Shown here one piece after another: positions 31,267 through 41,040 of a stretch of DNA of 64,000 bases. The notes below the pieces were generated by a model. That model had not been told where the DNA came from. It saw nothing but the letters and a program-made list of their open reading frames with translations, and did not search any database. A program made the position numbers and the translations under genes. The stretch's first letter is position 1. Each line of letters starts with the position of its first letter. Source of the stretch: a bacterium. GTDB lineage: Bacteria; UBA8248; JACPRG01; G963555815. Where the stretch lies: positions 4,448,001 to 4,512,000 of the forward strand of contig OZ244653.1 in assembly GCA_965218795.1 (NCBI GenBank). Direction: 5' to 3'.

Positions 31267-32520
31267 ATGAAACCGAAAGTCATCACGTCCAACGCACCCA
31301 CGCCGCTCGCCAATTACTCGGAGGGTTTTCGTGTGGGCGATTTCATCCTCGCCGCGGGCCAGCTCGCCAGCGATTACAAGACGGGCATCCCGCCCGAAGC
31401 CACACTGGCTGCGGCGTTTCCTTATTACGGGTCCGAAATCAAGCGGCAGGCCGATTACATTCTCAGGAACCTCAAGATGACCTTTGAGGCCGCCGGCTCG
31501 TCCCTGGACAACGTCGTCAAAGCCCAGGTGTTCTTGACCGACCTCAACCTTTTCAACGCCTTTGACGAGGTATGGAAGCAGTACTTCAAAAGCCCCCCGC
31601 CGCGGACGACCGTCGGTACGACGGGTCTTCTGGTGAAGGACACCCTGGTCGAGATCGACCTCATCGGTTACGTTCCCAGGAAGGGGCTCAAGGCCCAGGC
31701 GGTCAAATCCGGCGCGCCGCAGCCTCTGGCGAATTACACCGAGGCCATCCGGGTCGGAGACTTTGTTTTCGCCGCCGGCCAGCTCGCCAGCGACTTCAAG
31801 ACCGGCGTGCCGTCCGAAGCCAAGGTAGACCCCGCCTTCCCGTACTACGGATCGGACATCAAGCGGCAAGCGCATTACATCCTCAAGAATCTGAAAAAGA
31901 CCTTCCAGGCCGCAGGGACGTCCCTGGACAACGTTGTCAAGGCCCAGGTCTTCATGATGGATCTCAAGGACTTCAATGCGTTCGACGAGGTATGGCGGGA
32001 ATACTTCAAGACTCCGCCCCCGAGGACCACGGTCGGCACGACGGGTCTCCTGGTGAAGGACACGCTGGTCGAGATCGACCTCATCGCCTACGTCCCCAGG
32101 AAGGGGCTCAACGCCAAGGCGGTCAAGTCCAGTGCGCCGCAGCCGCTGGCGAATTACACCGAGGCAACGCGCGTTGGTGATCTTGTTTTCGCCGCCGGTC
32201 AGCTCGCCAGTGATTTCAAGACGGGGGTCCCGCCGAAAGCCAGAACGGATTCCGCTTTCCCGTATTACGGCTCGGACATCAAACGGCAGGCCCACTACAT
32301 CCTGAAGAACCTGAAAAAAACGTTCGAGGCGGCCGGCAGTTCCTTGGGCCACGTTCTCAAGGCTCAGGTCTTCATGATGGATCTCAACGACTTCAACGCG
32401 TTCGACGAGGTCTGGAAGGAGTATTTCAAGACCCCGCCCGCGAGGACGACGGTGGGGACGACGGGGCTCCTCGTCAAGGACACGATGGTCGAGATCGATC
32501 TCATCGGCGTCGCGAAATAG
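31267..32520 (+). CDS. Triple-domain RidA-like protein (near-identical repeats)
   Basis: Three 140-aa repeats with PLANY, AGQLASD, PP(P/A)RTTVG and VEIDLI. Confidence 0.9.
   Translation: MKPKVITSNAPTPLANYSEGFRVGDFILAAGQLASDYKTGIPPEATLAAAFPYYGSEIKRQADYILRNLKMTFEAAGSSLDNVVKAQVFLTDLNLFNAFDEVWKQYFKSPPPRTTVGTTGLLVKDTLVEIDLIGYVPRKGLKAQAVKSGAPQPLANYTEAIRVGDFVFAAGQLASDFKTGVPSEAKVDPAFPYYGSDIKRQAHYILKNLKKTFQAAGTSLDNVVKAQVFMMDLKDFNAFDEVWREYFKTPPPRTTVGTTGLLVKDTLVEIDLIAYVPRKGLNAKAVKSSAPQPLANYTEATRVGDLVFAAGQLASDFKTGVPPKARTDSAFPYYGSDIKRQAHYILKNLKKTFEAAGSSLGHVLKAQVFMMDLNDFNAFDEVWKEYFKTPPARTTVGTTGLLVKDTMVEIDLIGVAK
31267..32520 (+). repeat. Intragenic tandem triplication with a 420-bp period
   Basis: GAGATCGA(C/T)CTCATCG at 31651, 32071 and 32491; AAGGGGCTCA at 31681 and 32101. 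Confidence 0.95.
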
Positions 32521-32774
32521 GGCGGCTCCGGAGACGGGGAAAAGACCCTTCGGGAAAAGCGAGGGGGCCAATCCGGCAATGCCTGCGCGTGGAGCCGCTT
32601 GCCAGCCCGGCTCAAGGCGCTGTTGTACGCCGGGTGGCGGGGGGAGGCGACTCGTCAGCTTTTCTCCATGCAGCGCGCCTCGCTCCGAGGGGATGAGGCC
32701 CTCGGGTTGACCGCGTCCGCCTGGTTTTCCGTTCCCATGTCTCACTCACAGCCTCTGACAACCGAGAGGACTCT

Positions 32775-35081
32775 ATGAGCGAATATGCCGTTGTGGGAAA
32801 GGGAGTTCCCCGCATCGACGGCATGACCAAAGCCACAGGGGAATCCGTGTACGCTGCCGACCTCTGGAGGCCGGGATGTCTTTGCGGGTGTATTCTTCGA
32901 AGCCCATACCCTCATGCCCGGATACGGCACATGGATACGGCAAGGGCCGAATCCGTCCAAGGGGTCCGGGGGGTGTTCACGGCCCGAAACTCGCCCAACG
33001 GTCCATACGGGTTGTGGATTCTCGATGAGACCCTGTTCGCCGTGGAGAAGGTCCGCTACGTCGGGGACGAGGTGGCGGCGGTCGCCGCCACCGACGAAGA
33101 CGCCGCTCGTGAAGCCTTGGAGCTCATCGAAGTCGACTACGAAGAGCTGCCGGCCGTCTTCGATCCGGAGGAGGCGCTCCAGCCGGATGCGCCCTTGGTC
33201 CACGAAGACTTTGCCCAGCACCAAGTGAATTTTGAGATTGAGGGCCGGGAAGGAAATCGGGTCTGTCGGCTGGGCTATGACTACGGGGACCCGGAAGCGG
33301 GCTGGGCGCTGGCGGATGAAGTGATCGAGAACCGGTTCCGGACGCATGCGCACCACCCGACCTATCTGGAGACCCATGGGGCGCTCGCGGAGGTCGATTC
33401 AGGCGGGAACGTGACCGTCCATCTGACGACGCAGTCGGTTTACGTCTCTCAGGAGCTGATCGCCGCCATCCTGGGAATTCCCCTGTCGAAGGTTCGTGTG
33501 GTTGGTACGACGGTGGGAGGAGGCTTCGGAGGCAAGAAGCCGCGGATTGAGCACTACGCGGCGGTCATGGCCTATGAGCTCCGCAAGCCCGTCCGTATCG
33601 TCCTTTCCCGCGAGGAGGACTTGGCCTGTACGTTCAGGCGTCATCCGAGTGCAGCCCATGTCAGGAGCGGTGTTCAACGGGACGGGACGGTCACGGCCTG
33701 GGACCTGGGAATGGTGATGGACACAGGGGCCTACACCGATCACGGCCCGTCCATCGCCGGTCTTTGCGCGTTTCACTGTCGCGGACCCTACCGGATCCCC
33801 AACGTCAAAATTGATGTGAGCGTCGTCTACACGAACCAATCCATCAGCGGGGCCTTTCGCGGTTACGGGAATCCGCAGGCCGCATTCGCCGTGGAATGCC
33901 AGATGGATGCCATTGCCCGAAAGTTGGACATGGACCCGATCGAGTTGAGACAAAGGAATGCGATGGGACCGGGCGATCCCATGATCAACGGCCAATGCTA
34001 TCCGGATGTACGCCTGCGGGAGACGCTGGAGCAGGCGGCATCCGCCTTCGGATGGGAACCGGCCGGACCCGGCTCAAAGCCATCCCGTCGGGGTGGACGA
34101 AAGAGGGGGATCGGCGTCGCCTGCGGCTCTCAACCGACGGGAGGGATGGGCTCCTCAGCAGTGATCAAGATGATGGCCGACGGGACGATACAGGTTTTGA
34201 CCGGCATCATCGAGATCGGGGCCGGTGAGTACACGGTGGCCGCCCAGATCGCCGCCGAGACTCTCGGCATTCCCTACGAGAAGGTTCGGGTCATCGGAGC
34301 CGATACCGACAAGACGCCCTTTGACTTCTACACGGCCGCCAGCCGGGCGACGTTGAACCTCGGGAACTCCGTACGCCGGGCGGCCGAGGACGTCCGCAGC
34401 GAGCTGCTCCAGCGGGCCGCGGAGATGATCGAGGCCAGTCCGGACGATCTCAGAATGGAAAGCGAGCGGGTCTTCATCTCCGGTGCACCGGAGCGAAGCC
34501 TCTCCTACGCGGACGTGGCCAGAGCGGCGAACCTGTTCCGCGACGGCCCGATCGTTGGTAAGGGTTCGTACGCGGTGGATGTTCCGCCCATTCTCCCGGG
34601 CTTCCGTCAAGAGGGGGCCCCGCCCGAGGATTTCGCTACCCATGCCTACGCCACGCACATTGCCGAAGTCGAGGTGGACGAGGAAACCGGCGAGGTAGAG
34701 GTCCTTCGGCTCGTTTGCTCGCATGACATCGGCCAAGCCATCAACCGAAGCGGCCTGGAGGGGCAGATCGAAGGGGGGATCACCCAGGGATTCGGCTACG
34801 CCCTCGTTGAGGAGATGGTCTTTGAGGGCGGCGTCCTGGCGAACGGAACCATGGTGGATTACAAGATCCCCAACATTCTGGACGCCCCGCCCCTCGAATA
34901 CCACTTCATCGAAGAGGGGGATCCGGCCGGTCCTTACGGCGCCAAAGGCGTGGGAGAAGCCGTGCTGGTCCCCACGGCCCCCGCGATTGCCAATGCCGTG
35001 TACGATGCCATCGGCGCACGCGTGACCGGCCTTCCCCTCACGGCCGAAAAAGTCTTACGTGCTGTGGATGAAGGTCGGTAA
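32775..35081 (+). CDS. Xanthine dehydrogenase family molybdopterin-binding subunit
   Basis: RSPYPHARI, GGGFGGK, AFRGYG, QIEGG and GAKGVGE motifs. Confidence 0.95.
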   Translation: MSEYAVVGKGVPRIDGMTKATGESVYAADLWRPGCLCGCILRSPYPHARIRHMDTARAESVQGVRGVFTARNSPNGPYGLWILDETLFAVEKVRYVGDEVAAVAATDEDAAREALELIEVDYEELPAVFDPEEALQPDAPLVHEDFAQHQVNFEIEGREGNRVCRLGYDYGDPEAGWALADEVIENRFRTHAHHPTYLETHGALAEVDSGGNVTVHLTTQSVYVSQELIAAILGIPLSKVRVVGTTVGGGFGGKKPRIEHYAAVMAYELRKPVRIVLSREEDLACTFRRHPSAAHVRSGVQRDGTVTAWDLGMVMDTGAYTDHGPSIAGLCAFHCRGPYRIPNVKIDVSVVYTNQSISGAFRGYGNPQAAFAVECQMDAIARKLDMDPIELRQRNAMGPGDPMINGQCYPDVRLRETLEQAASAFGWEPAGPGSKPSRRGGRKRGIGVACGSQPTGGMGSSAVIKMMADGTIQVLTGIIEIGAGEYTVAAQIAAETLGIPYEKVRVIGADTDKTPFDFYTAASRATLNLGNSVRRAAEDVRSELLQRAAEMIEASPDDLRMESERVFISGAPERSLSYADVARAANLFRDGPIVGKGSYAVDVPPILPGFRQEGAPPEDFATHAYATHIAEVEVDEETGEVEVLRLVCSHDIGQAINRSGLEGQIEGGITQGFGYALVEEMVFEGGVLANGTMVDYKIPNILDAPPLEYHFIEEGDPAGPYGAKGVGEAVLVPTAPAIANAVYDAIGARVTGLPLTAEKVLRAVDEGR

Positions 35082-35239
35082 TCCGGATTCCGTGCGTTCT
35101 GCCGAAGCGCCGGCCAGGATCCTCTCGGTCACAGTCTGTTGAATGAATTCCCCTGGTGAGGGTCGGAAGAGGCCATCCTGACGCGGCTTCCCGCGTTCAG
35201 CATCGCTATGGATCGACGACTCTGAAAAAGGAGGAACCC

Positions 35240-36268
35240 ATGAAAGTCAAAGTAGCTGCGGTCCAGGCCCTCTCCTATTACGGAGAGGAGGAATACAAGA
35301 ATGTGGATCTCGCGGTGACCTCGATTCGAGAGGCGGCCGACCGGGGGGTGGACCTGATCGTTCTCCCCGAGGGATATCCCGGCCCGAATAACGGTCCGAT
35401 GGACAGCGGCGGGAAGCTTTCCGCCCGGCCCATCGAGACGATGCAGGAGATGGCCAAAGAGACGGGAATTCACCTTCTGGCGGGCGAGCTGGAGACGAAT
35501 CCGGAAATTGAAGATACCTACTACCTGACGTTGAAGCTCATCTCGCCCCAGGGGGAGATTCTGATCAACTATGCCCGGCTGCAGCCCGATCACATGTATC
35601 TTAACGCCTACCTGATGGGCGGGCGGAAGCACATCCTCCCCGGCTCTACCCGAAAGGGGATCCCCAAGCGCGAACTCCACGGCGTCGTGGACACCCCCCT
35701 GGGAACGCTGGGAATTCAAATCTGCTCGGAAATTTTCACCGTGGAATTGGCGCGCATCCAGATGCTCTTCGGGGCGCGGATCATCCTGGATCCCATGAAC
35801 GGCTGGCCCGGCGGCCTCACCCGGGTGAGGGCCATGGATACCTGGCACTGCATTGTCCGGGCCCGCGCAGCGGAGAACATCGTGTTCGTCGTCATGCCGG
35901 ACGTCATCTATGAACGGAAGGAGATCGACTTTCATCCCGCAGATCAGGAAGCCTTCGGGATGATCGCCGGACCGGAGGGAGTGCTTGCCCAAAGAACCGA
36001 CGTCGGGATCATGTACGCCGAGCTGGACATGGACCGGCTCAACTGGCTCCGGACCCGGTACGAATTTGACGATGAAGTCCTCTCGCCGCCTCCTCCGGAT
36101 GGGGATTTCGTCCCCCTGGGCTGCCGCCCCGGTCAGTGCCACGATCGTCTCCCCGAGCTCTACGGCCCGCTGGTGGAGCCGCACGAGGAGGCATTCGATT
36201 ACTTCTACTTCCGCAAGGGGCTGGACGCCTACCTCGATGAATTCGAGCGCGTCAAGAACGCGACTTGA
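35240..36268 (+). CDS. Carbon-nitrogen hydrolase (nitrilase superfamily)
   Basis: VAAVQ, LPEGYPGP, QICSEI and RAAEN motifs; AGGAGG RBS. Confidence 0.9.
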   Translation: MKVKVAAVQALSYYGEEEYKNVDLAVTSIREAADRGVDLIVLPEGYPGPNNGPMDSGGKLSARPIETMQEMAKETGIHLLAGELETNPEIEDTYYLTLKLISPQGEILINYARLQPDHMYLNAYLMGGRKHILPGSTRKGIPKRELHGVVDTPLGTLGIQICSEIFTVELARIQMLFGARIILDPMNGWPGGLTRVRAMDTWHCIVRARAAENIVFVVMPDVIYERKEIDFHPADQEAFGMIAGPEGVLAQRTDVGIMYAELDMDRLNWLRTRYEFDDEVLSPPPPDGDFVPLGCRPGQCHDRLPELYGPLVEPHEEAFDYFYFRKGLDAYLDEFERVKNAT

Positions 36269-36514
36269 GTTTCCGGGGCGTTCTTGATGGCGGGCAATGG
36301 ATGGATGAGGCCGCGGACGTCTGACCCGGAACCGGATTCCGCCGGGGACGGAATTCAGAGATACGGCCTGGTGATACCTCTCACACACGATTCACCGGAC
36401 CGCCTTGATGCCGCGGCGTTCTACGTTGACAAGACGCGGTCGAACACCTGGGTTCCGGCTCCTCCGGAAACCCTTGACCCGCCGGCTTGCGAGTGACTCG
36501 GCCCGGGTCGGCTC

Positions 36515-37184
36515 TCACGCGGGCTGGAACCGGGCCGGCTCCTGGATCCCGCGCCGCGCGTACCACTCGGCGACGAGATCGTCCGAGTCGACCACCACGC
36601 CAGCGTGCAGCGAGATCAGGAAAAGCGCGGCTTCCTCCGCTTCCTGTGAATAGCCGGCCGTGACATCCTGGGGCACCACGACTCGGAACATGCGATTCGC
36701 CGCATCGAACGCGGAGCACAGGTCGCAGCAGTCCGTATACGCGCCGATGATGACGACGTTCTTCTTGTCCAGGTTTCGGAGGAGGTATTCCAGGTCGGTC
36801 GGATAAAAGGCGCTGAGACGTTTTTTCGTCCGCACATAATAGTCGCTGGGCTCGGTTTCAACCATCAGATCGAGCCATTGGGTACCTTCCAAGCTGTGAT
36901 TTTTCTGATTCTCGTTAGGCCCGATGTAGGCCTCATAGAGAAAGCGCCAGTTGGACGGACTGATTCCGTTGACGTCATCGATCCCGTCGGCCCGGAGCCA
37001 GAGCTGGACGTGGATGACCGGTACGCCGCACCGCCGGGCAGGTCACGTCGGCCTCATCGCCCAAGTGTCCACGGTGCATGTCGATGCTGATGATGGCGCT
37101 CTGGGCGGGGTCCATCCATTCGGAAAAAACCTTCGGCATATCCCGCTTTTTCTTTAAGAAGTAGCACTGCATCGGCGTCATCAC
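36515..37184 (-). pseudogene. Isochorismatase-like cysteine hydrolase with an internal deletion/frameshift
   Basis: 5' frame SAIISIDMHRGH...TCPA; shifts near 37035 to RCGVPVIHV...NHSLEGT...KKRLSAFYPTDL...GAYTDCC; the helix expected between these parts is missing. Confidence 0.8.
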
Positions 37185-37842
37185 GGCGTCGGTTCCTCCT
37201 TCGTCGATGAGTTGGCATCCAAGAGCGCCTTGGCTGAAACCGGAGTTGCCATCCAGAGCTTCGGCAGCATGCGCACGCTTGATGAGCGTCTTCTTCGCTA
37301 TGGAGGGCCGCCCCGATTCCAGACGGAAAGGCGATTCGGATTTGAGATTTCCTCAAAGTATCACATGCCCAATGGAAATCCAAAGTCGGGCGCCTGCGAT
37401 GACCTCTCAGGCGGACCGTCGCCTCCGGTCAAAGCAGGATGATCCGCAGCGATGTCAGGCTCTTCTGGTTACGATAAAGGGAATGGCGGTCGGCCCCAGA
37501 ATGACGGGGTGAGCGTAGGAGGGTCGCTTATGACGGTCCTTCGTATCCAATCCAATCGGAAGTCCCGCACCGTCACGAGCGATATACGGAGTCGTGAAAA
37601 ATCATATCATGACACGGTTTCTCAGTATTCATTACGATGAGGAAAATCCCTCAGAGAGATCTTCAGTCACTTGGTATATAAGTGTTGACTGGCCAAGTGG
37701 ATGAGGTTGTAATGATTTCCAATTGCTATCGTGGGCAGGAAGGCTGTGCGATGGGAACCGACTCCGGCAGATTTTGCGGGGGGCGCCGAATCCGTAGTAT
37801 ATTCATTGAATTCGAAGCGACAACATCCGGGAGGATTTTCCG

Positions 37843-38208
37843 TTGTCGGAAATTTACGTAGGACACGAATCGGAGTTCGAGGAGGGCGGGCGCAAGGTCA
37901 TCTCCGACAACGGTCTGGTGATCGGTGTATTCCGGGTCAACGGGCGGTTTTTCGCCTATGAGAACGAGTGCGCCCACATGGGGGGGCCGGTCTGCCAGGG
38001 CGGCATCTTCCAGCGGGTGGAGCAGAACCTGGCGCCCGACCGGACCATCATCGGATATCAGTTCTCGGAAGACCACTGCCACATTGTGTGTCCGTGGCAC
38101 GGGTACGAGTACGACCTGGAGAGCGGGGCCTTCCCGGCCAACCCGAAGGTGCGCCTCCGGAAGTTCGAGGTCGAGCTGCGCGACGGCGAAGTTTACGTCG
38201 TCGTCTGA
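37843..38208 (+). CDS. Rieske [2Fe-2S] ferredoxin
   Basis: CAHMGGP...CPWHG motifs; TTG start with GGAGG RBS. Confidence 0.95.
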   Translation: MSEIYVGHESEFEEGGRKVISDNGLVIGVFRVNGRFFAYENECAHMGGPVCQGGIFQRVEQNLAPDRTIIGYQFSEDHCHIVCPWHGYEYDLESGAFPANPKVRLRKFEVELRDGEVYVVV

Positions 38209-38399
38209 TACTGCACCGTCATTGACAGCCTGGATGAGCGGTCCGGAGCGAGGGAGAGGAGGTCCAAGCCGGCAAGCAATCATGCCAGGCGCGTTTTGAA
38301 GTCCACGGGAAGCCTGATGGAAGCGCAGGTGACCCGCACGTCGGTCACTGGAGGGACGGGGGCGGCCGGGCCCCCGCATCGAAAGGAGGGGAAAGAACG

Positions 38400-39419
38400 A
38401 TGAAGACGAGAAAGCGAAGGGTGACTCGGATTTTCGGGCGGGTTCTCGGCACGATGGTCGGGGCGGTCTTTCTGGCGGTCGGCCTGGGAGGTTCGGTCCA
38501 GGCGGCGGAGAAGGTCGGTTTCCAGAACTATTGGGTCGTTACGCCCAATGTGGGTCCGTACTTCACTGCACTGGAGCACGGCTACTACAAAGCGGAGGGT
38601 CTGGACGTCGATTTCCCCGTGGGCAAGGGGTCGGCGCACGCCATCCAGATGGTCGGGGCCGGAAAGATGGACATCGGTATTTCCGACTTCGGGGCGATGT
38701 CCCTGGCCATCTCCCGGGGAGTCCGGATCAAGGGTTTCTTCTGCTACCTTCAGAGAAGCCCGCTGGGGGTCATCACCCAGACGAAAGCCAACATCCGATC
38801 GCCGAAGGACCTGGAGGGGACGCGTCTGGCTTTCGCGCCGGCGGACAGCGGATGGCTCCTCTTCCCCGTCTTCGCCAGCATCAACGGCGTGAACATGAAG
38901 AAGATCACCCTGGTCAGCGCGCAGCCGTCGGCCCGCGACAAGCTCCTGCTCACCAACGAAGTGGATGCCTCGGTCTCCTATCCCGCCACAGGTGTTCCCC
39001 TGCTGCGCGCCCAGGGCGGGGATGTCGCCTCGATGCGCTACGCCGACTACAATGTGAACGCCCTCGGCGCCGGGCTTATGGCGACTGAGAAAACGCTCAA
39101 GGAGAGGGCGGGGATGATCCGCAAGTTCGTCCGGGCCTCCACAAGAGGGTTCAAGCAGTCCATGGCGAATCCGGAGGAGACGGTGACGATCCTCACGAAA
39201 CGGGCCCCCCTTACGATTAAGAATCGCGATACCGCCATGCAGATCCTGATGTCGGGACTGGGCGACCTGCATACGAAGCGGTCGAAAGGAAAGTCCATCG
39301 GCTGGATGGCGAAGGAGGACTGGAAGGATACCTTGGCCCTTCTGTCGAAGGTCGGCAAGCTCAAGAAGGTGCTCCCCGTGAACAGCTATTTCACCAACGA
39401 CTTCATCGCGATGAAATAG
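38400..39419 (+). CDS. NMT1/THI5-like ABC transporter substrate-binding protein
   Basis: Signal peptide; GYYKAEGLDV, GKGS, SPKDLEG and YFTNDF motifs. Confidence 0.9.
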   Translation: MKTRKRRVTRIFGRVLGTMVGAVFLAVGLGGSVQAAEKVGFQNYWVVTPNVGPYFTALEHGYYKAEGLDVDFPVGKGSAHAIQMVGAGKMDIGISDFGAMSLAISRGVRIKGFFCYLQRSPLGVITQTKANIRSPKDLEGTRLAFAPADSGWLLFPVFASINGVNMKKITLVSAQPSARDKLLLTNEVDASVSYPATGVPLLRAQGGDVASMRYADYNVNALGAGLMATEKTLKERAGMIRKFVRASTRGFKQSMANPEETVTILTKRAPLTIKNRDTAMQILMSGLGDLHTKRSKGKSIGWMAKEDWKDTLALLSKVGKLKKVLPVNSYFTNDFIAMK

Positions 39420-39543
39420 CCGGGGGCGACTGAATTCGGGTGTGTTGCAGGTGAGTCTCAGCTGAAAAGGGAGGGGCTTGTGCGCCCCGGCGGGCGGGGG
39501 AGCAGGCTCTCTCTTGTCGGCCCGGCGCAGGGGAGAGGAGGTC

Positions 39544-40755
39544 ATGGCCCAAAAGGTGGAAGGGGTGGAACAGATCCCGATCCAACGAATCGATACATAC
39601 ACCGATACCCGCGACATCCTGGCCCACGCTCGGCGGCAGGCCGAGGAGCGGAGATATCAAGACTACGTGCTCTTCGACGTGGACTCCCACTACGTGGAGT
39701 CGGTTCACTGGGAGGAGGTCTGCCAGTACATCGAAGACCCGGTCATTCGCGCCCAGTCCCTGGCGGACCAGAAGGCCCAGCCCTACGGGCTCATCGGCGA
39801 CCGGGGCCTGACCTACCAGGACTTGGGCGGCCGCATCCCCCACGACACGGCCCGGCGCGAGGGCGTCGACGACGGGAGCGGCGACCACTCCGACGTGGTC
39901 CTGACCCGGCGCGCCATGGAGAGCATCGGCCTGGACTATATGGTCATGTTCCCGACCCCCATGCTGAGCCTGGGGACCCACCCCCAGCTCCACATGGAGG
40001 TCCAGCTGGGAAAGGCCCACAACCGGTGGCTGGTGGAGCACGTCCTCAAGGCCGACCCTCGCATCAAGTCCATGGTCTACCTCCCCATCAGTGACCCGGC
40101 GGCCTCCCTGGAGATCATCGACGAGTTTGCCGAAGAGCCCGGGGTGATCGGGTTCATGGTCACCAGCGTTCGGAACAAGCCCATCCAGGAGAACCGGTTC
40201 ATGCCGGTGTACGCCGCGCTGGAGGAACGGGGGATCCCCCTGGCGTTCCACGGCGGTTACTACTGGCACGAGCCCACCATGGCCCTGTTCAACCAGTTCG
40301 TGGGGCTGCACTGCGTGGCGTTCGTGCTGTGGAACCTGGTGCACATGGTCAACTGGGTCCTGAACGCTCTGCCGGAGCGCTTCCCGAAGCTGAAGTTGAT
40401 CTGGATCGAGAGTGGCCTGGCCTGGATCCCCTTCATCATGCAGCGGCTGGACAGCGAGTACATGTTCCGCTCCTCCGAGGCGCCGGGCTTGAAGAAGCTG
40501 CCCAGCGAGTACATCCGCGAGATGTATTTCAGCTCCCAGCCCATGGAGCGCCAGAACATGAAGGCCCTGGAGTTCAATCTGGACATGATCAACGCAGAGA
40601 CCCAGCTCCTGTACGCCTCGGACTGGCCCCACCAGGACTTCGACCTCCCCAGCTCGATCTTCGACTTGCCGTTCCTGTCCGATCAGGCCAAGCGGAACAT
40701 TCTCGGAGAGACTGCCCTGAGGCTGTTTCATCTGGAAAGGCCGGAGGGAAAATGA
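39544..40755 (+). CDS. Amidohydrolase_2-fold protein, probable dimetal oxygenase type
   Basis: DVDSH, FH, IESGLAW and ASDWPHQDFD motifs; next to a Rieske ferredoxin. Confidence 0.8.
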   Translation: MAQKVEGVEQIPIQRIDTYTDTRDILAHARRQAEERRYQDYVLFDVDSHYVESVHWEEVCQYIEDPVIRAQSLADQKAQPYGLIGDRGLTYQDLGGRIPHDTARREGVDDGSGDHSDVVLTRRAMESIGLDYMVMFPTPMLSLGTHPQLHMEVQLGKAHNRWLVEHVLKADPRIKSMVYLPISDPAASLEIIDEFAEEPGVIGFMVTSVRNKPIQENRFMPVYAALEERGIPLAFHGGYYWHEPTMALFNQFVGLHCVAFVLWNLVHMVNWVLNALPERFPKLKLIWIESGLAWIPFIMQRLDSEYMFRSSEAPGLKKLPSEYIREMYFSSQPMERQNMKALEFNLDMINAETQLLYASDWPHQDFDLPSSIFDLPFLSDQAKRNILGETALRLFHLERPEGK

Positions 40756-41040
40756 ATCGATACCGTTTTGCCGATTCGAGCCTCTGCCCCGGTCGTGGAG
40801 AGGCGCTGGGAAGAATATGAAAGTCTGAGAGTCTGGTTATCCGCTGTGTTCCAATGATCGCGCCGCCCGCGTGGATGTTCATTCCCTCGGGGCTTATTCT
40901 GATTCCTTGAATCCGGCCAACATCTCAGCATAGCGCCATCGGGTTCGAAGGCAGGCTGATGACTGGCGGATCCGGCGGAGAACTGCGGCAAGCGGGCGAT
41001 GGAGGATGGCCCAATCGAGATTTGGAAGGGCGGATTTCCG

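Noticed and set aside
31267-32520. 420-bp repeats as a CRISPR array or assembly duplication
   Set aside because: Repeats are coding, in frame, have no spacers and differ at many synonymous sites
29902-32745. 947-aa repetitive ORF on the minus strand
   Set aside because: Antisense shadow of the two Rid genes; its repeats only mirror theirs
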